A DNA stretch of 64,000 bases from an uncultured Candidatus Saccharibacteria bacterium (GTDB taxonomy: Bacteria; Patescibacteriota; Minisyncoccia; Minisyncoccales; GWA2-38-27). Below, one piece after another: positions 58,062 to 64,000 of this stretch. A program made the position numbers and the translations under genes. The notes below the pieces were generated by a model. The model saw nothing but the letters and a program-made list of their open reading frames with translations. It searched no databases and was not told where the DNA came from. The stretch lies in NCBI GenBank assembly GCA_964493085.1, contig CAZBLV010000013.1:66033-130032 (forward strand), read 5' to 3'. Positions within the stretch are counted from its first letter, which is position 1, and every line of letters begins with the position of its first letter.

Positions 58062-58073
58062 ATACTTAAACAA

Positions 58074-59948
58074 ATGGGAAAAATATTAGGCATTGATTTA
58101 GGTACCACCTTTTCGGCAATGGCCGTAGTAGAAAGCGGCGAGGCAAAAATTGTTGAAAATGATGAGGGGAACAGAACTACTCCCTCGGTGGTTGCTATTA
58201 ATAAAAACGGAGAAAGGCTGGCGGGAGTGCTGGCCAGAAGGCAGCAAATAACCAATCCTCAAAACACAATCTTTGCCATTAAGCGTTTAATAGGAAGGCG
58301 CTTCTCTGATTCTCAAGTTAAAGAAGACAAAAAAGTTCTTCCTTATGAAATGAGAGAGGCAAACGATGGAGGGATTGAGGTTAAAATGGGAGAAAAGTGG
58401 TACAAGTCCCCCGAGATTTCAGCAATGATATTGCAAAAAATGAAAAGCGACGCGGAAAAGCGCCTTAACGAAAAAATTGACGGAGTAGTCATTACCTGTC
58501 CCGCTTATTTCGATGACTCCCAGAGAAAAGCCACTCGAGTGGCCGGAGAAATCGCAGGCCTTGACGTAAAAATGGTTTTAAACGAACCGACTGCCGCAGC
58601 TCTGGCTTACGGGCTTACTCAAAAAGGAAACCAGCAGATTTTAGTTTATGACTTCGGCGGGGGGACCTTTGACATATCTATTCTTGACGTGCAAAAAGAT
58701 CCTGACACGGTTCAGGTAATCGGAGTAGGCGGCGACAGCCACCTGGGAGGAGAAGACTTTGACAGAAAAATAATGGACTGGCTGGTAGACAAGTTTAAAA
58801 AGGATCAAGGAATCGATTTGTCTAAAGACCAATTAGCCCTTCAGAGGATCAAAGAAGCCGCAGAAAAAGCCAAAATAGAGCTTTCAACTGCCCAAGAAGC
58901 CACGATAAACCTTCCCTTCATCACCTCTGACTCTGCAGGCCCCAAGCACCTTGAGTATAAATTAACCAGGCCGGAATTTGAAAACTTAGTTTCGGATTAT
59001 ATAGAAAAGGCTGCTGATCTTGTAAAAGAAACCCTCAAGGAAGCAAAACTAGAGCCAAAAGAAATTGAGGAAATTGTGCTTGTCGGAGGGCAGACAAGAA
59101 TGCCAGCTATTCAAGAGTCAGTAAAAGAGATATTTGGGGGCAAAGAGCCCAACAGGTCTATTAATCCAGACGAAGTAGTGGCAGTTGGAGCAGCTACCCA
59201 GGGAGCAATCCTTAAGGGAGACGCCAAGGAAGTTCTTTTGCTGGACGCCACGCCGCTTTCTTTGGGCATCGAGACCCTCGGAGGAGTTAACACTATTCTC
59301 ATTTCGAAAAACACAACCTATCCCACAGAAAAGAAACAGGTGTTTTCTACTGCGGCAGACAGCCAAACTTCAGTAGAGGTTCATGTTTTGCAGGGAGAAA
59401 GACCGACAGCTTCGGACAATAAGAGCTTAGGCAAGTTTATTCTGGACGGCATACCTCCGGCGCCAAGAGGGACCCCTCAAATTGAAGTAACCTTTGATAT
59501 TGACGAAAACGGAATCTTAAATGTTTCAGCCAAAGACAAAGCTTCCGGAAAAAGTCAATCCATCAAAATAGAGGGATCTATAGGCATGTCAAAAGAAGAG
59601 ATTGAAAAAGTTAAGAAAGAAGCAGAGGTTCATGCAGAAGAAGACAAGAAGAAAAGAGAGGCTATCGAAGCCCGCAACGCAGCAGATACTATGATTTACA
59701 CTACAGAAAAAACTCTAAGAGACGTAGGAGAAAAGATTGACAAAAACAAGAAGCAAGAAATTGAAGAGAAAATAAAAGAATTGAAAAATGTGAAAGATAG
59801 TGATAATGTAGAAGAAGTCAAGAACAAGACCTCTGAACTTTCTGAGGCGATCCAGAAGGCAGGATCCGACCTTTATAAAGCCAAGGAATCCCAGGAAAAA
59901 GACAAAAAAGAAGACAAGCCCGAAGAAGGAGATTACGAGGAAAAGTAA
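58074..59948 (+). CDS. dnaK: Molecular chaperone DnaK (Hsp70)
   Basis: Starts [18 protein letters not shown], with DFGGGTFD and [13 protein letters not shown] 58074 is preferred over track start 58035. Confidence 0.97.
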   Translation: MGKILGIDLGTTFSAMAVVESGEAKIVENDEGNRTTPSVVAINKNGERLAGVLARRQQITNPQNTIFAIKRLIGRRFSDSQVKEDKKVLPYEMREANDGGIEVKMGEKWYKSPEISAMILQKMKSDAEKRLNEKIDGVVITCPAYFDDSQRKATRVAGEIAGLDVKMVLNEPTAAALAYGLTQKGNQQILVYDFGGGTFDISILDVQKDPDTVQVIGVGGDSHLGGEDFDRKIMDWLVDKFKKDQGIDLSKDQLALQRIKEAAEKAKIELSTAQEATINLPFITSDSAGPKHLEYKLTRPEFENLVSDYIEKAADLVKETLKEAKLEPKEIEEIVLVGGQTRMPAIQESVKEIFGGKEPNRSINPDEVVAVGAATQGAILKGDAKEVLLLDATPLSLGIETLGGVNTILISKNTTYPTEKKQVFSTAADSQTSVEVHVLQGERPTASDNKSLGKFILDGIPPAPRGTPQIEVTFDIDENGILNVSAKDKASGKSQSIKIEGSIGMSKEEIEKVKKEAEVHAEEDKKKREAIEARNAADTMIYTTEKTLRDVGEKIDKNKKQEIEEKIKELKNVKDSDNVEEVKNKTSELSEAIQKAGSDLYKAKESQEKDKKEDKPEEGDYEEK

Positions 59949-59954
59949 GGGTAC

Positions 59955-61061
59955 ATGGCAAAGGATTATTACAAAATTTTAGGCGTTTCCAAGGACGCCT
60001 CCAAAAACGAAATCAAGAAAGCATTCCACCGGTTGGCCCACAAACACCATCCTCACAAAGGAGGGGATGCCAAAACCTTCAAAGAAATAAACGAGGCCTA
60101 CCGGGTGCTTTCTGACGACCAGAAGAGAGCCCAATACGACCGCTTTGGCCAGACATTCGAACAAGGAGGCGGGTCTCCGAACGAGGACGTTCCAAACTGG
60201 TTTTGGTCTAACTTCAGCCAGGGGGAGGGCTCGGGTATTAATTTCGATTTTGGAGATGTAGGATCTGAAGATCTGGGCGATATTTTTAATGAAATATTCG
60301 GATTCGGGGGAAGAAAAAGCCAAAATCCAAATAGGGGAAAAGACATCAGGGTAGATGTTCAGGTTTCCTTAAAAGAAGTCTTGACAGGGGCCAACAAAGA
60401 GATTACTCTGAAAAAGTTTAATCAATGCAAAAGATGTCAGGGGACCGGGGCTGAACCCGGAAGCGAAGTTGAAGAATGCTTCGCCTGCAGGGGAACAGGA
60501 CGGGTCCAAAGAATAAAAAGAAGCTTTTTAGGATCTTTCACCCAATGGGCTGTTTGTCCAGAATGCGGCGGAGAAGGAAAAAAGCCCAAAAATCCCTGTA
60601 ATGTCTGCAAAGGAGAGGGAAGAATAAAAGAGGAAGAAAAGATAAGTTTTTTTGTCCCGGCAGGGGTCGATGACAACCAACTAATAAAAATAGCGAACAA
60701 GGGAGAAGCCGGCAAGAGAGGAGCGGGACAAGGCGATCTTTATATCAGAATTTTAGTTAAAGAACACCCTTCTTTTGAAAGAAGGGGAGACGACCTTTAT
60801 ACTCTTTCCAAGATTCCTTTTTCAAAAGCCGTGCTGGGAGGAAAAACCGAAATTATCAGTTTAGACGACAAAAAGATTGAGCTGAAAGTTCCTAAGTCAA
60901 CGCCTTCAGGAAAAGTGTTTAAGATATCAGGGAAAGGAATACCCCATTTTTCAGGCTACGGAAGAGGAGACCTTTTTGTGAAAATAAAAGTAGAAATACC
61001 GGAAAAATTAAATAAAAGCCAAAAAGAATTGTTGGGAAAGCTTAAAGAGCAAGGATTATAG
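59955..61061 (+). CDS. dnaJ: Co-chaperone DnaJ
   Basis: 368 aa with a J domain (HPHKGG in place of HPD-K, see sequence), a G/F region and four CxxCxGxG repeats. Confidence 0.95.
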   Translation: MAKDYYKILGVSKDASKNEIKKAFHRLAHKHHPHKGGDAKTFKEINEAYRVLSDDQKRAQYDRFGQTFEQGGGSPNEDVPNWFWSNFSQGEGSGINFDFGDVGSEDLGDIFNEIFGFGGRKSQNPNRGKDIRVDVQVSLKEVLTGANKEITLKKFNQCKRCQGTGAEPGSEVEECFACRGTGRVQRIKRSFLGSFTQWAVCPECGGEGKKPKNPCNVCKGEGRIKEEEKISFFVPAGVDDNQLIKIANKGEAGKRGAGQGDLYIRILVKEHPSFERRGDDLYTLSKIPFSKAVLGGKTEIISLDDKKIELKVPKSTPSGKVFKISGKGIPHFSGYGRGDLFVKIKVEIPEKLNKSQKELLGKLKEQGL

Positions 61062-61064
61062 CTT

Positions 61065-61137
61065 GCCTCTGTAACTCAATTGGTAGAGTAGGGGCCTTTT
61101 AAGCCCAAGGTTGCAGGTTCGAGTCCTGCCGGAGGCA
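61065..61137 (+). tRNA. tRNA-Lys (anticodon UUU)
   Basis: Acceptor GCCTCTG/CGGAGGC (one G-U), D arm ACTC..GAGT, anticodon stem GGGGC/GCCCA (27:43 mismatch) with loop CTTTTAA, T arm GCAGG-TTCGAGT-CCTGC. No CCA is encoded. Confidence 0.85.
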
Positions 61138-61175
61138 CTAACAAGAACATTGAAAACAAAAACAAGGAGACAAGA

Positions 61176-61364
61176 ATGGGAGAAGAATTGGCGCTTCGGC
61201 CGCCAAAGCCTTCTGTTAAAATGGTTATTTGCCATTACTGCGGCTATACTCCTCCGGAACTTAGGCCTCCTAAAAACGGACGATGTCCGAAATGTTACGG
61301 GTTTAGCTGGGAAACGATTGAGATACCGATAAGGCTTTTTGCGTTTTGTTTTCAAATACAATAA
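61176..61364 (+). CDS. Small zinc-ribbon protein
   Basis: 62 aa with CHYC...CPKC. The SD AAGGAG lies 7 nt upstream, and the terminator begins at the stop codon. Confidence 0.55.
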   Translation: MGEELALRPPKPSVKMVICHYCGYTPPELRPPKNGRCPKCYGFSWETIEIPIRLFAFCFQIQ

Positions 61365-61393
61365 CGGCTTCGCGATCGAAGCCGTTTTTATTT
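61364..61393 (+). terminator. Rho-independent terminator
   Basis: 9-bp stem ACGGCTTCG/CGAAGCCGT with loop CGAT, followed by TTTTTATTT. Confidence 0.8.
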
Positions 61394-61477
61394 ATCCACA
61401 ACAACTGCTTGAAAAAGCGCGGGCGAATTATATAATTAATAAAAGAAAAGGCCTAAAGCTAAAAATAAATAAAAAAA

Positions 61478-62779
61478 ATGAAAAACTTACTTGTAGTCAC
61501 CCTAACTTTGTTAATGCTGGGGGGAACAGTCCTTGCTCAAGAGACAGACCTTCCAGATCCCGGCATGACCCCTGATAGTCCTTTCTATTTCTTTAAGAGG
61601 ATTTCCGAAGGGATTGGAACTTTCTTTACTTTCGGCGACTTAGCTAAAGCGGAAAGATATACCGAATTAGCCACTCGGCGACTGGCCGAAGCGAAAGCTT
61701 TGGCAGATAAAGGAAAAGAAGAAATAATAGAAAGGACTTTAGCAAGATACCAGGAGCAATTAGAAATGGCTTTCTCTAGAACCGAACAAGCCAGAAACAA
61801 GGGCGAAAAAACAGAAGACGTTAGCGAAACCGTAGCTCAAGCTACAAAAAAACACTTAGATGTATTAGAAGGGGTTCTGGAGAAGGTTCCAGAGCAGGCG
61901 AAAGAGGCAATTGTCCGAGCAAGAGAAGCTTCTTTTACCGGGCAAATTAGAGCCTTGGAAGCCCTAAGGGGAGAAAACCCGGAAAAAGCAGCCAACCTTA
62001 ATATGGAATCCCTCCAAAACAGATTAGAAAAAGTCAAAGAGGAGGCCAGGAAGGGAAAAGAAGAGGGAATAGAAAGAATTACCAATGATGTTGTTGCTCT
62101 TCAAGACTTGCTTGAAAAAACAGGAAAACAATCCCCAGAGCTTTTAGGAAAGAGGGTCTCAGAAGATTTAATAGAACAAATAGAAGACCTTGATGAAATA
62201 GAGGATATAACAGAGGATGAATTGTCTCGGGTAGCAGAAAGAATAGGATCGATTAAAGCCGTTTCTATGGAGAAACAAAAGGAAATCCTAAAGAGTTTAT
62301 CAGCCGTTAATCCGGAAAAAGCCATGGAGGTTAATCTAGAAATGATCCAATCGCGGATAAGAAGAGCGGAAAAGAAAGCAGAGGAAGGAGAAGAAGAGAT
62401 GGTAAGAGCAACGGAAGAGATTAAGAACCGAAACAGATTTGGAGAAGAAATTCTCCAGCTTGCCCAAGAGCTTGGGAAAGACACAGCTATACTGGAAGAA
62501 TTGCTAGAGAAAACGACCTCTATTCACTTGGAGATTCTAAATGAGGTTTTAGAAAAGTCTCCAGAACAGGCAAAAGAAGCCATTAGGGAAGCCATAGAAT
62601 CCTCCGAAAGAGGACGTCAGAAAACCTTGGAAGCCCTAGAAAGGAAAAGAGCTGAAGAACCTTTGCCAGAAGATATTGAGAATATGATCGAAGAAAGAGC
62701 AGAAGAAGTCCCCGAGGAAACAAAGGGAGTGATGCCGGAAGATAATGCACCGGATGCCCCAGGAAACAGTAAATTCTAA
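61478..62779 (+). CDS. Secreted helical Glu/Lys-rich protein, DUF5667-like N-terminus
   Basis: 433 aa with the signal peptide MKNLLVVTLTLLMLGGTVLA and DSPFYFFKRISEGIGTFFTF..RRLAEAKAL. An internal repeat occurs as HLDVLEGVLEKVPEQAKEAI and HLEILNEVLEKSPEQAKEAI. Confidence 0.7.
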   Translation: MKNLLVVTLTLLMLGGTVLAQETDLPDPGMTPDSPFYFFKRISEGIGTFFTFGDLAKAERYTELATRRLAEAKALADKGKEEIIERTLARYQEQLEMAFSRTEQARNKGEKTEDVSETVAQATKKHLDVLEGVLEKVPEQAKEAIVRAREASFTGQIRALEALRGENPEKAANLNMESLQNRLEKVKEEARKGKEEGIERITNDVVALQDLLEKTGKQSPELLGKRVSEDLIEQIEDLDEIEDITEDELSRVAERIGSIKAVSMEKQKEILKSLSAVNPEKAMEVNLEMIQSRIRRAEKKAEEGEEEMVRATEEIKNRNRFGEEILQLAQELGKDTAILEELLEKTTSIHLEILNEVLEKSPEQAKEAIREAIESSERGRQKTLEALERKRAEEPLPEDIENMIEERAEEVPEETKGVMPEDNAPDAPGNSKF

Positions 62780-62807
62780 AAATACAAGATTTTGACTTTG
62801 GGTTTTT

Positions 62808-62834
62808 GCCCCACGCTTTCTGTGGGGCTTTTTT
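62808..62834 (+). terminator. Rho-independent terminator
   Basis: Stem GCCCCAC/GTGGGGC with a 7-nt loop, followed by TTTTTT. Confidence 0.75.
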
Positions 62835-62918
62835 CTATTTCTCTATTGACAACAATAAAGAATGAATATATAATAATGAAACAAGCACTTTTAAAAATCC
62901 AAAAGGAAGGGAGAAAGA

Positions 62919-63275
62919 ATGAAATACTTTGCCCCCAAGATGGCAAGTAGCATGCTTCCTTCGGGGTTGCTTAGCCTTAAGAAGAAGGACCTAACCCCGG
63001 CAGAAGTAAGAGAATTTATCGAGGAGGGCAATGTCACCTTCTCCTTCGGGCGTCACTACAGCCCCACCCTTAATGCGATAAACATGCTTTTTGAGATCGA
63101 CATACCAACTCAGGACGACCCGCCAAAGTTCGTATTAAAGCCGGGGGACTCTCTTGTTGTCCTTCAGGTTGGCAACCTCTCTCCCTTGCCGGATTGGGAG
63201 AACGAATACACAAGAGAACAGGCGCTGAATGCTTCGTTTCGTTTTACCATGTGCGAGCTTGTTAGCATAGGTTAA
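62919..63275 (+). CDS. Hypothetical protein, DUF1874 (STIV B116 / YddF)-like
   Basis: 118 aa with the SD AAAAGGAAGGGAG. The pattern LTPAEVREFI..SFGRHYSPTLNAINMLF..PGDSLVVLQVG..LP resembles DUF1874 as I recall it. Confidence 0.5.
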   Translation: MKYFAPKMASSMLPSGLLSLKKKDLTPAEVREFIEEGNVTFSFGRHYSPTLNAINMLFEIDIPTQDDPPKFVLKPGDSLVVLQVGNLSPLPDWENEYTREQALNASFRFTMCELVSIG

Positions 63276-63284
63276 CTACAAAGC

Positions 63285-63314
63285 AAGGCTAGATTTATTT
63301 TTCTAGCCTTTTTT
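63285..63314 (+). terminator. Rho-independent terminator
   Basis: Stem AAGGCTAGA/TCTAGCCTT followed by a T-run. Confidence 0.7.
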
Positions 63315-63374
63315 CTTGAAATTATTAAGAAAATGAAGTATATTTAAAAAAAGTTCTTTTAAAAGGAGAGGTTT

Positions 63375-64000
63375 ATGAGCACGAAAGAAAAGATCGTTTT
63401 TATCCTGTTTACTTACCCCGCTGGGGTTTTTATGGGAATTCTTCTATTGATTGCCCGTATGCTTGGGGCTATCAAGGTGCAAGGCAGGGTTCCCAAACCC
63501 GATCACGGTTTGCTGGTAATCTGCAATCATCCGGCTATTTTCGAGACCTTTTTGGTTCCTGCTCTTTTTTTCAAGTATTACTTTTTCCATCCTTTTAGGT
63601 ATACGCCCTTTAGCGTTCCTGACAAGAGGAATTTTTACGACCCTTGGTATTTTTTCTGGATGAGGCCTGTTTTGATCTCAATTGACAGAGTAGTAGGGTT
63701 TTCTGTCAGTTCCTCCAATAAGATGAGGGATGTGCTTAATTCCCATAGGATAATAATCTATTACCCAGAAGGCGGAAGGACCTTTAAGGGCAAAAACTTT
63801 TCTTATAGCAACACAGGCAAGAGAGTGAGAAGTTTTCAAAGAGGGGCCGCCTGGCTTCTAAAAAAGCATGATCCTGAAGTTCTACCCATTTGGGTGGACG
63901 GAACAGACAGATTCATGCCTGGAACTTGGGAAAAGTTGTTTAGCTGGCCTCGCTTTCGAGAGAGAATAGTAGTGAAGATCGGCGAGGTTGTCCAGCTGGA
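63375..64000 (+). CDS. plsC: 1-acyl-sn-glycerol-3-phosphate acyltransferase family (PlsC-like), 3' end beyond window
   Basis: My translation from ATG 63375 (SD AAAGGAGAG) is MSTKEKIVFILF...VICNHPAIFE...YYPEGGRTF. It contains the NHxxxxE and PEGGR acyltransferase motifs, and no stop occurs before the window end. Confidence 0.8.
   Translation, partial: MSTKEKIVFILFTYPAGVFMGILLLIARMLGAIKVQGRVPKPDHGLLVICNHPAIFETFLVPALFFKYYFFHPFRYTPFSVPDKRNFYDPWYFFWMRPVLISIDRVVGFSVSSSNKMRDVLNSHRIIIYYPEGGRTFKGKNFSYSNTGKRVRSFQRGAAWLLKKHDPEVLPIWVDGTDRFMPGTWEKLFSWPRFRERIVVKIGEVVQL

Noticed and set aside
1-64000. A CRISPR array, rRNA genes, transposases or IS elements, prophage structural genes, and an alternative genetic code (UGA recoding as in some CPR lineages).
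   Set aside because: No regularly spaced short direct repeats were seen. No rRNA-like conserved blocks or transposase or integrase motifs were found. Long ORFs are uninterrupted under the standard code, and several well-supported genes terminate at UGA.

Overview
This is a 64-kb chromosomal window from a low-GC bacterium. Hand-counted 60-nt lines in ordinary genes are about 35% GC. It uses the standard genetic code, since UGA serves as a stop (for example 22471-22473, 24828-24830, 52226-52228). Gene content and protein architectures suggest a Candidate Phyla Radiation/Patescibacteria-type genome: short DnaX and HrcA, a bacterial-type AspRS lacking the GAD insertion, a DUF5667-like secreted protein, and many tiny membrane or zinc-ribbon ORFs. 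This placement is inference only. The backbone has these parts. (1) A dcw/peptidoglycan cluster is split into four blocks: mraZ-rsmH-ftsL-like-ftsI-degenerate Mur ligase at 1-4191; murC at 33191; PBP5-like-mraY-murI-murD-ftsW-murG-capA-like at 37049-44510; and membrane-anchored murF-degT-femAB-ftsQ at 48042-53016. These blocks are interleaved with cysS, aspS, lysS and serS. (2) Replication and repair genes are present: dnaB, recR, dnaX, rmuC and a UvrD-Cas4-like helicase-nuclease. (3) A P-type ATPase and a CaCA antiporter form an overlapping pair. (4) An hrcA-grpE-hsp20-dnaK-dnaJ operon carries a CIRCE operator. (5) There are two ArnT/PMT-like glycosyltransferases and a GtrA-like protein. (6) There are three tRNAs: Glu-CUC, Gln-UUG and Lys-UUU. 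Downstream of tRNA-Gln lies about 9.5 kb of accessory-looking genes. They include peptidase E, DUF3175, a GC-rich membrane/zinc-ribbon-TPR pair, a CYTH / PD-(D/E)XK nuclease / YwbE / ASCH operon, and ATP-cone, NDT-Rcl-like, Maf, DgkA, cN-III-like nucleotidase and TspO genes. The most notable observations follow. A recurrent -10 box lies 6-8 nt before the ATG of at least 13 operon-first genes, with similar geometry at the tRNAs, which implies leaderless expression. Several locally GC-rich mini-genes contrast with this by having strong Shine-Dalgarno sites and their own terminators. A 6 x 102-bp tandem WG-repeat gene is present. Two leader regions carry mutually exclusive terminator and anti-terminator pairings. 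Four plausible small ORFs fall below the 60-aa ORF-track cutoff. A degenerate Mur-ligase pseudoenzyme sits in the murE/murF slot while the real MurF carries an N-terminal polytopic membrane domain. No CRISPR array, rRNA, transposase or integrase was seen.
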